This document shows, one piece after another, positions 27,728 through 41,135 of a stretch of 64,000 nucleotides of DNA. Numbering within the stretch: the stretch's first letter is position 1; every line of letters begins with the position of its first letter. The stretch is from the NCBI GenBank assembly GCA_035221665.1, contig CM069146.1, positions 10,230,001-10,294,000 on the forward strand. Direction: 5' to 3'. The notes beneath the pieces are model-generated. The model did no database searches and had not been told where the DNA came from. It was given only the letters and a program-made list of their open reading frames with translations. The translations under genes and the position numbers were made by a program. Source of the DNA: Okamejei kenojei. Its lineage: Eukaryota.

Positions 27728-28481
27728 TTGTGGCGGTGCCATGCGGCAGCGGCTCAACTGCAGTCCGTCCGTCTTTTATTTCTTTTTGCCCCGTTAGGGG
27801 TATGTTTTTTGGTTTTCTTTTTTAGATGTGTATATGTGGGAGGGTGGCGGGAGAACTTTTAAAACTTTTAATCTCTTCCCTGTACGGGGACCTGACCTTT
27901 TCCCTGTCGGGTCTCCGTTATCATTGGGGCCTAACATCGTGGAGCCGGCGGCCTCCAAGCGGAGCTGACCTGGGGGCTCCAGTCACGGAGCCTGCGGACT
28001 CACCATCGCGGAGCAGGCCGACTTTGGAGCATGGAGAGCTAGTGGCGTGGTGGCGCGCGGCTGTTACCCGACTTCAGAGCTTCGGAGGCTCCAGCCGCAG
28101 GCCCGGTGGACGGTAACATCGGGAGCTCGCGGGTCCCAGGTGGGAGAATGCTTTTGGAGCTCCCGTAACGGCAACTTCTCCCGCCCGAATCGCGGGGTTG
28201 AAAACGACCCGGAGCGGGGCCTTACATCTCCCGACGCGGCTTTAACGGTCGTGGGACTTACCATCTCCCGCCGGGGGCTTTAACATCGGGAGAAGAACAA
28301 AGTACAGGGGAGAGACAAGACTTTGCCTTCCATCACAGTGAGGAGGTGTTTGGAGAGTCACTCTGATGGATGTTTGTGTTAATTGTGTGTCTTGGGTTTT
28401 TTTTCTTGTTTGTATGACTGCAGAAACAAAATTTTGTTTGAACTTAGGTTCAAATGACAATAAACGGTATTGTATTGTATT
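27728..28481 (+). mobile_element. CpG-rich non-autonomous retroelement with an ATGACAATAAA...(TATTG)n tail (Rex/Babar-like tail)
   Basis: 3' end AATGACAATAAACGGTATTGTATTGTATT; tail motif shared with Rex-type ends elsewhere in the window; CpG-rich body. Confidence 0.55.
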
Positions 28482-31400
28482 TGGAAAAATAATTTCCTTT
28501 CTCCTTTTTCTGGTACAGGTTATTTTTCTAAATCTGTTGTGAAGTACCTTAAATGAACAGCTGTTAAGTATAATGGTACTGATTGAAATGGTGTGTTTGT
28601 CCTGTTAAATTATAAAGAAAACCATTCCATCCCGAGATTCTGGAGACCCATGACCCATGGTCACTGGGGTCACAGGAATCAATGATAAAAACAAACGAGA
28701 GTCCAATTTTAGTCAAGCTGGCCATGACATTGCTCTCCACCTAGTCAGTGTTCGTGTGATTAGAATTTGGAACACAATTAAACAAGGACCATGCATCCCC
28801 AATAGATCTATGTACTCATCTATGAAACACCAACAGGGGTTGAATGTTATAAAGTCATGAGTTTTGCTTGGTCTAGCTAAAGAGGCTTAGGAATGATGAG
28901 AGCTGAAATAGGCAAGTACCCCCTTTTTACTTCGATAACAGGAATTAGGAATTAGCTTTTAGGTTTGTAATTAGATCAAATGCTGCTCTACGGACTGTGC
29001 AGTGCAGGGGATGTCCAATGTGTTGAGGGAATGGGATTACCTATGGAGAGGGTGAAGTGTTCAGTTGGGCTCTCTGGATTATCAAGCATGGGAGGTAGGG
29101 GGAGAGAAAGCAGAAAAAAGAGAGAGACTAAAAGGGAAAAGAGCTGGTGGATTAAACATAACGCATGGAGTATTCCAAAGTTGCCAGAGGCAAGAACAAG
29201 TGGAATAGCCCCATGGGGATTTGCAACTTCTACACAGGGCTCTGCAGGTAATATAACACGCAAGCAGTGCTCTGTTAAGCACTGCTTAGATGTGACACAT
29301 TTTTCTTATTCTGAATGTAGCACCTTTGCTATCACCATTACAGGCTAATGCAGAATCATTTTGAATGTAGATATGAGGAAATTAAATTGTACATAACTCA
29401 GTAAGAATGTCAGAATTATTAAAAGCTTCAAGCCAGACTGAATTCACCCAGATACCCTGATTCAGCAGCCACGTCTCTCAAAGGCAATAGTCTATCTTTA
29501 TGAACCATTCTTTCCTAAATAGAAAGATCAATATTGGTTTGTCATAGGTGTCTAGATGGAGGGTAGAGGTGGCTTGGTGGCCAAAATCCATTGGATGAAT
29601 CACTTGATCTCAGTCATTTTCTTCACTTACAAATCACATATTCCCTAAAAAGAATGAATCTGCTTTAGCATCAGGTTACCTGCAACCTGCTACAGCAATC
29701 TGCACGTCAAGGGTGTGGCTTCTGGCACCATATACCCGAGTGTTGGGAAAAAATAGAGCCCAACAATTCTCCTGATCTAATATTACCTGATAACATCACA
29801 AGTACAGATTCCTGTGGAAAGGGCATTTGGGGCAGATTGTGCCAGTCAACTCAATTCTGTCAAGCCGAGTGAGAATGACCTCCATGTGCCCTTGTCTTCA
29901 GCCATAATTCCCATTGGTGACGAGGTTGTCGAGTTTTAATCGCAAGCACGTCGCTATTTGGAGGGCTAGGAATTCGTGGACAGAGTTTGCGTCAGGCCAT
30001 AAAGCAGATGTCAGAGGCAGCAGAGCAAGGCATTAGGTGGACTTGCTGTAGAAGAAATAGAGTCAGTTGGGGGCAGAAAGGAAACGTATTTCATGCAATA
30101 TGTGTATTTCGTCGTAATTGTAGTCTGTGTAAGTGTATCCCTGTCTTACGCATGGGTGATATTTGTGGTGTTACAAGTTTAATGATGGGCTAGGATTAGT
30201 GGAAGATAGGATGCAAGTGGTCAGCATTTGTTCAAGTGAGCTAATTGGCTGCAGCTTCCTTTATTTAGTAGCATACCGAGCTATTTATTGTCCTTGTTGT
30301 CCTAAGTTGGTATATTCAGTTAGATAAGAAGGGTCTGGACCCGAAACATCACCCATTCCTTCTCTCCAGAGATGCTGCCTGTCCCGCTGGAGTCATAGCA
30401 CAAGTACTTAGTGTTTTAATTGGACACAAGACAAACTTCATTTTGTCTGTATCTCTGGTACTGTCCGGAATTCTTGTAGAATGTGGCCTTGAGTATCTTC
30501 CGACATCTGCTGCCTCTTCCACTTTGTTGTTGGTCATGCCCCTTAATTTTCAGCTGCACCCCTGTGCTTTAAGTGTGTTTAACCCACTTTTTGCCTTCTC
30601 AATGTGTTTTCTTTGCCTCGCTCTAGTGACATTTCCTTATCATCCTACATACAATACTTGCCATTTGAAAAGAATGAGTCTGCAGGTTATTAAGGCAATT
30701 ATCTACCTTTTTGGATTACCTGCCTGATATCCTTAATCTGTTGTTCTCCCCTCTGTTTTGTTTTGGACATATGTTTAAAGTCTGTGGTCAGTTATAAGAT
30801 TTCCCTTTCCAGATGTAGCAATAAGCAGTTTGTTTAGATGTTTTAAAAAAAATTAACACCTAGTTCATAGGACTAAAAGAGTTAAAAATAAATATCCAGT
30901 ATTGAATGAAATGCATCTGATTCAACTAATTACATTTCACTTTAAGACTAGGAGATGCAACTCGCAGAAATGTTGTAGCGGCATCGTAAATAGCTGTGGA
31001 TCATTTTGTTGATACACTGGAGGTCACCTGTTACGTGCAACAGCTTTGGAATGCATTCCAAACTCCTAACCTTGAATTCCTCTCTGAATTGAATATATTG
31101 AAACATTTCATAATTCTGAAAACTAACTCCATTGTGGTTTGGCTATCAATCACACTCAACACACACGCCAAGCAATGTGCTAGAAAGCAGAGCAAACGGA
31201 AATGTAAATTACTCTGCTCATCAGTAATATAAATTTATAAGAATATTAATTTAAAGAAACCAGATGTCATTTTCGACTGGATTAACATCTCATTCAAAGT
31301 CGTCCTACGTGCAGGTAATATATTGGAAATTCTGAGAATTAAGTGAGGTGACTCATTGTTTGGAAGTGTCATGCATATTTAGTGCTTATTTCGGTGGAAT

Positions 31401-31556
31401 CAGTTATTCTTTCAAAGCTCCTGCTCTGCACAAAGTCACTTCATCACTGGTCCGGCACAAGTCAAGAGTGTAATGAAAATCTCCATAGTTTTCTGAATGG
31501 ATGCAGCTGAAACAGTTTGCGTGAGGCTTGATACCACATTGACAGCTCCACCACCA

Positions 31557-32185
31557 AGAAGAAAGCTAATGGCATGTTGGCCTTCATAGCGAGATCATTT
31601 GAGTATAGGAGCAAGGAGGTCCTACTGCAGTTGTACAGGGCCCTGGTGAGGCCATACCTGGAGTATTGTGTGCAGATTTGGTCACCTAATTGGAGGAATT
31701 ACATTCTTGTTATTGACAGAAGTTCACCAGGTTAATTTTCGGGATGGCGAGACTGACATATGATGAATTAATGGAGCGACTGGGCTTATATTCACTGGAA
31801 TTCAGAAGGATGAGAGGCAATCTGATAGAAACATATAAAATCCTTAAGGGATTGGGCAGGCTAGATGCAGGAAAAATGTTCCCCATGTTGGGGTAGTCCA
31901 GAACCAGGGGTCACAGTTTAAGAATAAGGGATAGGCCATTTGGGACTGAGTTGAGGAAGATCTTTTTCACCCAGAGAGTTGTGAATCTGTGGAATTCTCT
32001 GCCACAGAAGGCAGTGGAGGCCAATTCACTGGATGGTTTCAAGAGAGAGTTAGATATAGCTCTCAGGGCTAACAGAATCAAGGGATATGGGGAAGAAGCA
32101 GGAACAGCATACTAATTTTAGATGATCAGCCAATGGTGGTGCTGGCTCGAAGGGCCGACTACTGCACCTATTTTTCTATGATTCT
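31557..32185 (+). mobile_element. CR1/HER1-type LINE 3' end
   Basis: KKANGMLAFI...LYRALVRPYLEYCVQ homology and 3' tail. Confidence 0.9.
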
Positions 32186-32656
32186 ACCATATTAATTATA
32201 CACCAAAGCTATTTTGTATCTGCATCTTGTATTACCCACCACTTTGTACAGTGACCCACCAAGCATTTTCGACCTGACAGATGGACAAGGGTGGAAGGTT
32301 CTTGAGATTTAAAAAAAAATCACTTCCATGTTCCTCTCCACGTAACATAGCAGATAGACTTGGAAATACATTACAATTCCCAATTCAAAATATTTTAACT
32401 TCTTACTAAACAGTGTTGTGGATGTAGCTTCCTCCGTGGGCGTAGTGGTTCCATAAATAGACTCAATGTGGACAATACGTTCTGGCCATTCCAATGATGC
32501 TTATTCCCGAGAATTTATTAAAAGGCATTAGCATACGCAGTAGGTCCACAGAATCCTGAAAAATAACTTTTCCCATACCAAGGTAACACACATCGTGTCT
32601 AATGGCACCCAGAGGTAGCATCTTTTACCCGCTTAAATCAATAAAGTAAGTCAAGA

Positions 32657-32937
32657 GGGCAGCACGGTGGTGCAGCAGTAGAGTTGCTGCCTTACAGCGC
32701 CAGACACCCGGGTTTGATCCTGACTATGGGTGCTGGCTGTACGGAGTTTGTACCTTCTCCCTGAGACTGCGTGGATTTTCTCCGAGACCTCCTACACTCC
32801 AAAGACGTACAGGTTTGTAGGTTAATTGGCTTGGTATAATTGTAAATTGTCCACAATGTAGAATAGTGTTCATGCGCGGGGATCATTGGTCGGTGCGGAC
32901 TCAGTGGTCCGTGCTCTGTCTATAAACTAAACTAAAC
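32657..32937 (+). mobile_element. HE1-type (V-SINE) tRNA-derived SINE, near full length
   Basis: A-box TGGTGCAGCAGTAG, B-box-like GGTTTGATCCT, V-domain (TCCAAAGACGTACAGGTT...TTAATTGGC), (AAACT)n tail. Confidence 0.85.
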
Positions 32938-34852
32938 ATTAGAAAATATGAGTCTTTCATCCTTGCGACAATTAAAAATTGGTTCAAGAAAGTACATATC
33001 AATGTGTATTCTCCGTGTAACAGAATGAGATTTCAGTTTTGTTCACTGGGTGGAAAGTCATCTGGAGTTGTAATTAGAGAGGGAGTTGGAATTGATGAGG
33101 GAAACTGGAGGTTAACAGTGCAGGTTATTTGGTCACTGTTGAGTTCTAATATTTCTGCAGACAAGACTAATGATCCCAGGGTGTTCCAGGGACTATTTCA
33201 GTTTCTGCGTTTAACAATCAGGAAAATACTGTTCTCTTCTTTTCACAGATCTATAACTCAACTGAGAAAGGAAAACTTAGCACTTATCTGGCGTATTTCA
33301 TAACCTGCAGTGAGCAATAAAGTCAATGAACAACTCTTAAATGTAGTCACTATTATCATGATGGAAACATGACAGCTAAAGTTAACAAACTCCCAAAACA
33401 GTACCACTTCACTGCCGTACACTTTAGTCAAGATTTTTTGCTCCAGTTTTTTGAGTGAGGCTCATGCCCACAACTTTCAGATTCAGATTGGAGTTCTACT
33501 GCCGAACCACAATGGACAACTCCGAGTTATTAAAAGGGAAACATTAGCTCTGGCAAGTTTCATTAAGATTTGTGACTGCTCATCTATGTTTCAAAATGTA
33601 ATTATTTTTAATAGATACCACTTGAAAACATGTTTGAATAATTGTCGCTTCCACTATGCAACAATACTGCATTTTATTTAAGAGAAATTTTCAGCCATTT
33701 CCTCCTGGTGTCTTCAGATCTTGATGAGTTTCTAAGTATTTGCGATTAATACATTTACAGAGAGGTTCCCAACAATCAGCCTGTAATTGTTGGCAGGACT
33801 TGTCCATTTAGTGCACTGAGATTTCATAGCGTCAATGATACATGCCTGGTTAAATGCATTCCCACATTGACAGAATTAATTTTGTATTACATGGTATAGT
33901 GTTTTTCTCTCGTAAAACAACAGAACTCACAACATGCCCTGGGAGATGTGCTGGTATAATTGAATAGATCTGCAATATGCCTCACTTTTATTTGTTTCTA
34001 AATCTCACACTAAAACTAACAGGAATTGTCTATTTTGAAACAGTTTTCTTTCCTCATATCTCGAGTCTGTTGCCGAAATGTGCATTTCATTGAACAGTAC
34101 ATGGGTAATGGTGCAATAAGACTTAACATGAGTAGTATAAATTTACAACTCTTAATAATTTCTTATTAATTGAGTGTTTGAATTATTTATTTAAGTGCTC
34201 AAATTCTGATAATTTTACCCAGAGCAGTAACTAAGAATTGATTTTGGGTTAAATATATGGAGTATCGCAGACTGCCTAAATTTCAGGGAAATTATTGCTA
34301 CAGGCAAGATATTTTTATTCATTACCTAGCAATTGTTACCCGTGACCTTCTGTTCAAATAGCTCTGAAACTGAACAAATTTGAAAAAAATTACAAAGGAA
34401 ATAGATTTTATCGGCAGAATGGCTCAGAACAAGAGCACTCAGATTTAAGATGATTAGCAAAGGAACCAAAGGTACGACGGGAAAAAAATAATAGCTAAAA
34501 ACTGGAATCTACAGTATTATCTGAAAGGACAATGAAAATCGGTGCTATTATTGCTTTCAAAAGGGAATTGGGTAGAAACTTTTGGAAGAGAGAACTCCAA
34601 GCTCATGGGGAAAGAGCTGAAGTAGAGACCAAATGGACCATCCCTAGAGCAAGGCTAAGCAGACTCAATGGAGTAAATGGTCTCCATCCAAGAAATTCAA
34701 TGTCAAATGTACGTCACATATGCTTCTTTTAATGCAGAGAAAAGAAGGATAAGTGCAAGGAGTATTAAAAAAATCCATCAGAGTATTATGATATAACTTG
34801 CCATTTGTTTGTGTACTAGAAAATTTAAACAGTATTTGTTTATGTCCTACAG

Positions 34853-37627
34853 GAAAAAAAAACAATATGATGAACTACAGTTGGAAAAAATAAAGTAAAT
34901 TCAGTGAAAGAGATAGATTAGCAAAGGGATTCAGAGTGAAATACATTGAGATATGAGGCTGCATTTTTCATAATGCCATTACCATTCTTGGCAAAGTACG
35001 TCTGCTGAAATTTGAAACCCACCAATTGGCTCATCCATTTTCAGTAGATGCTAATCACTAGTGGTTCACATAATTTAATTTACATTCTAATTTTGTAACT
35101 ACATTAGGTTTAGTTAGCTACTGCAAAACGTCCAAACCGTGTGGTGAAATGAAAGGAGAGTGAGACACAAAAAAAAGCAATATGTAGATACCGTTTCATT
35201 GTCCCCCATCAGGGTGGGCTGAGATGGAGCAGATGCCAGGGGACAAAGACTAATTATTGGACCCCTGTATTAGCAGCCAAATCAAAGGCTGTACAATTTC
35301 TCAAAACCATGAACTTGGGACATTCTTTTTGAGCTCAAATGTGGCTGGGGTGTTGGTAATCAGGGATGGGCCACCAAAGGGATATTAGAGCACAGGTTTG
35401 AGGCCGCAGACATGGGATCAGGAAGATTAGCAGATGGTTGGGATTTCAGAATTTCAGACAGTAAGGATGGCATATTTGGAATGGAGGCTTGGAGATGGCC
35501 ACTGTTGAGTGGGGGAAGGGAATGGAGAGACATCAAATGCAATGAGTTTACAAAAGGGAGACGTGAACAGTAGTATGGGCATCATATTATTGATAGTTAT
35601 GTCTGAAGAATGGAATAAGACTTGGCTGTACTGGGAAGACCATGTTAACCCAGGGACTGCCAACTATGCTATTGCCAACTGGACACGATATTACAAATTC
35701 CCTTGCAATGCTTCCAAGGGGCATTAGACAGGAAATAATATAATTCCAATGGCCCAAAGCAGAATTTGTAGAGTTGCAATGGTGACTCAGGTTAGGAAGA
35801 ATTTAGTTGAATTTCCAGGGTGATACTAATGCAATAACATTTCAAAATAAAATCAATATTAGACAGGAAATAATATAACTTGAATAATATTATAAAATAC
35901 TGCATAATGCATTTGAGTTTCTAGAGCTCATTTTCACAGTGAAGTATTGTCCTGAGAGCATAAATGGAAAGTTAACATGCGAATAAATAAATATTCATAC
36001 TGCTGCAAAATAGTTAATTGTAACGTGCTGAATAGTGAGAACATATGTTTAGAAGCAGTGCCTTTACAAAACTTTTGATTGTAACTTCTGGTGCATTGAA
36101 GTGAAATGGTCAGGATGATAGTTCCCCAGGAAATATACAGTTTGTAGAAATAGCCAGATGGTTGTTCTATCAGAATTCAAGTATTTGCCTGTCAGGGGAA
36201 GTGCAAACTGTTCCAGAACAACATATGGCGCGCCACAATCCTTCACACCAACAAACATGCTCAGCCATCATTTCACTTCAACACAGGCCACATCTACACT
36301 ACCAAGGTCACAGCGGCATGACGACTCGTTAGATTCAATTGGCGATCAGACGCTGTACAATTCAACTATATCCATTGGCAGCATCCAAGCCAGACACAAA
36401 CAAAGTGGCTTTGAAGTAAAGGCGAGATCAAAACAGCTACAGAAAGCTGTACAGGAACATGTTTGTTTGGCAATCCAAATGAGAAAGGTGTTAAATTGCA
36501 ATTCTGGCACGAACACCGTTTTGGTCCCCTGGCCTTTTCATTTCCTTCTGTTCCTTGCACAGCAAATCTTTACAGTTCTACAATCCTTTCAAGATCAGAC
36601 TATCAATTTGCTTTACATAACTATCTCTAAATAATAATATCATCAATTTCTTTATCTAACATTTCTTGAAGGGCAAAGACTTGGAGAAAGAAGGGGGTAA
36701 ATCTGTGTTGGCACATTACCACAGGTTTGCATTGCTATTTTAGCCAGGAAGGCAGGTCTTTATTATTTGCCCTTGAAAGATATCACAATGGACTGCGTTA
36801 ATGATTTCCGAGATCCAGCAGAGTAATTCCCTAATCTAATTTGTCAGGCAGATGGAACAAAATGGTTTCTCTATAGCTCTGGCATTTGTCCTTTTGCAGA
36901 TAGTTCCTGCATTATTCTTCAACTGTATGCTGCCAATGTAGGCCAATGTACTGTGAAGGGTAACTTTTGATTAACTTGCAGACACAGAGGTCATGATATT
37001 CTAACTAATAGGTGGCTGTGCATAATCTGGGCATTAGGATAATATTATTGCAGCAAAATAATTTCAAATGTTAAGGAGTTTCATATAATTTGTTTAATTT
37101 ACCATTTGCCCCCTTGCAAAAGTTTGAACCAATTGAAGAAATATTAAAATTGATAATTTACTACAGTTGATAAATGAGTGAAAATGCATTCTATTCTGTG
37201 CATGACTATTTAAAACACATGTTTGCAATAAGAATAGATTGAAGCACCAAGATGTGAAATTGATTGGAAAAGAACATTGATTGTGGTGTTAAATCAGATT
37301 GTAACCGGTTCCAGTTTTGCAGTGCCTAGTTTGGCCCGTTTCACTCATCATTTACCACAACCCTACCCCCACTTCCATTCCCATGAATTAACAGATGGTT
37401 TTGTTTTCTGTTTTATGGCAGCTTCCACATAACAGCATTAAAAAAAAAACTGTGAAGTGGAATTATCAGAATCAAATATCACAGCAATTGCACTGTGTTT
37501 AGGAGCATTTTACTTTTCACCTACACGCACGTGGGATCTTATGGAGATGACAGGCAGGAAAATAAACAGCTGCTCCATCAAGTCTGCCCCGTTCCGTCAT
37601 GTGGCAATGATACTTCACCACCCTTGA
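34853..37627 (+). CDS. Putative 3' part of an unrecognised multi-exon gene nested antisense in the ATP2B2 intron (exons 34853-34894, 36196-36487, 36848-36959, 37503-37627)
   Basis: Four AG/GT-bounded, phase-compatible, stop-free segments ending in TGA; no recognised homolog; sites picked by eye. Confidence 0.35.
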
Positions 37628-38211
37628 TTCCCTCGCCCCCAGTAGTGTTGTGATCTCCTGGGAGAAACAACATAACATAACATAAAACACCCAGGCTCTC
37701 CTCAGGAAAACAAATTCGAAGATTCCCCATCCACTTCCGACGTTGGATCAGCAATGCCTTCCAAGAGACAGCAGTGACTGAGAGGTGAATCATTTCTATT
37801 TTCACCTCTTCGCCACATAAAGATATCAAACCTCCTGGAACTCCTTGAGATTGTTTTATTTAAAAATGTGTTCATTAGGGAGAACACAGACGATTGAATT
37901 TGTTTCACTAAAGGCATATTGTACTATTTGCACTGAAGAATGTTTCAACTGTAACATAACTGCGCCTATGTAAAATGCTAGCCCTATCTTATCTGCTAAT
38001 TCAACAACTCACATGTGTGCAATGCCTTTAATGTACCAAAGCACCCCAAAGTGCTTAAAGGATGCACTGTCAAACAAAATGTAATGAAATCCCAGAAAGA
38101 GATATTAGAGTAGCTGACCAAAAGCTCTGTTCTATGGAGCGCCCTGGAGGAAAGAGTGTAGACAGGTTTGAGGAGAGAATTCCTGAACCTGGGACCTGGG
38201 CTAGTAGCTAT

Positions 38212-38364
38212 TTCAAAGAATGGTCTCGACCCAAAACGTGTCTGAAGAAGGGTCTTAACCCTGAAACGTCACCCATTCCTTCTCTCCAGAGATGCTGCCT
38301 GTGCTGCTGAGTTCCTCCAGCATCTATCTTCGGTTTAAACCAGCATCTGCAGTTCCTTCCTACG
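38212..38364 (+). mobile_element. PLE terminal-repeat fragment with two tandem hammerhead-like cores
   Basis: Degenerate core 38214-38240 directly followed by CTGAAGAAGGGTCTTAACCCTGAAACGTC and the standard PLE 3' end. Confidence 0.7.
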
Positions 38365-39389
38365 CGACTATTCCATCACTATGGCTAATGCCATAATGGT
38401 GGAATGGTTTAAGAGACCAGAATTCAGCTGTCAAAGGGCAGGGTGAGGAGGTTGAAGGGCAGGCAGAGACTAATGAGAAGCGGGAGTTGCAATTTTGGGA
38501 AGAAACCTCACAACTCATTCTTATAAATTGCTCCCTGGTTATCAGAGGACTGCAGACACTTTCATCACAAAGATCTAAAATCATGCTTATGTGGAACATT
38601 TGTTTCAAAAAGTAACTTCCCAAAACTAAGGAGATAATTTTAATCTAAAGTTAACTGTGAATAAAGTCAAATGGGGTATGAAAGGCTGATCAATACAATC
38701 AAACCTTTCCCTCCCCCCCTCCCCCACCCTATTCACCCTACCAGTTCCATAGTTCGCATCCCTCTCCCTCTCAACAGCCAACAATGGGCCATTATGGGCT
38801 CTACCCTACCTGAGGTCATCTGTAGCTGGTCCTGATTTGTTCTGGCCCATTCCCACCTCCAGGTTCCCCACTCCCAGATATTCAGATGGTTAGATAATCA
38901 ATTAATTGTTGGTATTGTTGGTTGAGAGATCCATTTTGGCCTGGTAATTGGGGGCCTTCTTTGAAGTTGAGTCAGGGGGACTGCATGAGTGGTGGCCTAA
39001 CATTGTGTCATCATCCAAGAGGTACAGAAGTTTGAAAACGCTCACTTCCAGATTTAGGAACTGTTTCCTCCCAGCTGTTATCAGACAACTGAACAGTCCT
39101 CTCATCAGCTAGAGTGTGGTCCTGAGCTCACATCTACCTCATTGGAGACCTTTGACTATCTTTAATCAGACTTTACCAGACTTCATTGTTATATCCTGTT
39201 AAATGTTATACCCTTTATCCTTGATCTGTGCCCTGTGGATGCCTTGAATGTATTCATATATAATCTGTTGTCTGACTGGACATCACGCAAAACAAAAGCT
39301 TTTCACCGTACCTGACAATAATGAACTAATGAATAATGCAATAATGAACTGCATCATTTTTCCCTTCTTGTGCGTCAACTTAGATTTTG

Positions 39390-40620
39390 GTGCAGAGATG
39401 ATTGATATAGGCAGGGTGGTTGACATTATACTTTAGTAAGGCAATTGACTACGTTCCACATTACAGGCTAGTCCAAAAGATTAAGGCACATGGGATCCAA
39501 GTTGAGCTGGGTCCAAATTTGGCCCAGTGACAGGAGGCAGAAGGTTCTGGTGGAAGATGCTTTTCTAATTGGACGTCTGTGACCAGTGGTGTACCTCGGG
39601 GATTGGTGCTGGAAGTTTGTGTTTGTGATAGATATTAACAATTTATATATAAATGTAGAATATATAATCAGTAAGTTAGCAATGTTGTGGATAGTGATGA
39701 AGATTGCAAAGACAACTGCTGCTGCTGCTGATTTTCCAACTGATCTAGCTGAGTAGAGCTGGCACATGGAATTTAATGCCAACAGGAGTGAAGGGATACA
39801 TTTTGTGAAGTCAAATAGGGGTATGACATATACAATATATGGTAAGGTACTTGCCATCGATGAACAGTGGGACTTGGGACTTACGTAAGTCCATAGATCC
39901 CTGGAAGTGACAGGTAGATATTAAGCAAAGAAAGTGCATGGTGTGTTTGTCCTCATAGGTCAAGGTGTAGAATGTAAGCATTGAGAGGTTACAGTCCAAC
40001 TTTATAAAATACTGGCTCGACAGCACTTGGAGTATGTGTGTAGTTCTAGTTGCCACTCTCCAAGAAGGATGTGATTCTGCTGGGGAGAGTCCACAAGAGA
40101 TTCACCAGGATGTTTCCTGGATTGTAGGACTTTTGTTCGTGGGGAGAGACCAGATAGTTTAGATAGTTTGTGCTGGGATCGCTGGTCGGTGGGACGAAGG
40201 GCCTGTTTCCACCCTATATCTCTGAACTAGGTTTGTTTTCAAAGGAAGCTGAGGGGTGACCTTATAGAGGTGTAAAAAAATATTTATAAACATAGCTGAG
40301 AGAGTTAGACAAAATCTTTGGTTGTGCGATCAAATACGAGAGGACATAGGTTTAAGGTGAGAAGGAGCAGCTTTAAAGAGGATTAAAGAGGGGAAATATA
40401 CTTTACAGAGAGTGGTTGCTGCATGGAATACATTACCACAGGAAGTGGCGAAATCACATACAATTACTATGTTTAGGTTATGCTTAAAAAAGGCAGTCAA
40501 ATTCACAAAGCATAGAAGGATGCAGGCCTACTGTGTGCAAATGAGATTTGAGTAAATGAGCTGAAGTGTTAGTGTGGGCGTGTGATCTGAAGGGCCTATA
40601 TTTGTGCTGTATGACTCGGC
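39390..40620 (+). mobile_element. Older CR1 LINE ORF2 fragment
   Basis: Degenerate RT homology (VTSGVP-like, HLEY, ESPQEIHQ-like) and a CR1 tail; preceded by a Rex-type tail at 39010-39330. Confidence 0.7.
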
Positions 40621-41135
40621 TCGTACTCTCGGAGTAGTACTTCAGCCAGAGGCTCTTAACTCAAGAGCGAGAGGGAAAGCAATTACAGCGCAGCGAAATA
40701 ACCTCTCCACCGGTGAATTATGTAAAATAGCATCCAATTCCTTCAATTTGGTACCATCCAGTTAATGATTGGAACAGCAGCATGAGGCTAATCATGCCCC
40801 CACCCAGTTTGTTCTTGCCGATGACTTCCCATGGCGGGAGGTTGTCTGCCTGGGTATTCATCGTTTTTCTCTCTCCTCAGACACTACCTGGCATGTTGAG
40901 TGTGAACAGCATTTTCCATTTTTGTTTCACATTTTCAGCATCTGCAATTCTTTTTTTGTGCCTGGCCAGTGTTCCTTTCTCCAGGTGCTGTCTGATCTGC
41001 TTTGATTTTGTAGCATTCTCTCTTACTTCCATTTGCCAGCCCCTGATGTGGTCTGAATCTCACAGCTCCACCAGAGTTTTATTGTCCCTCCCCCACACTT
41101 GCTTGTGCTAAACCTTCTCCAGCAACAATGAGTAA

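Noticed and set aside
26969-28460. Many overlapping Gly/Pro-rich ORFs up to 190 aa
   Set aside because: Produced by G/C runs in two repeats; open in several frames on both strands
32657-32735. tRNA gene
   Set aside because: tRNA-derived SINE head continuing into a V-domain and tail; no complete cloverleaf or terminator
33249-33893. Further upstream exons of the putative nested gene
   Set aside because: Good acceptors, but no phase-consistent chain without assuming a non-canonical donor or a homopolymer error
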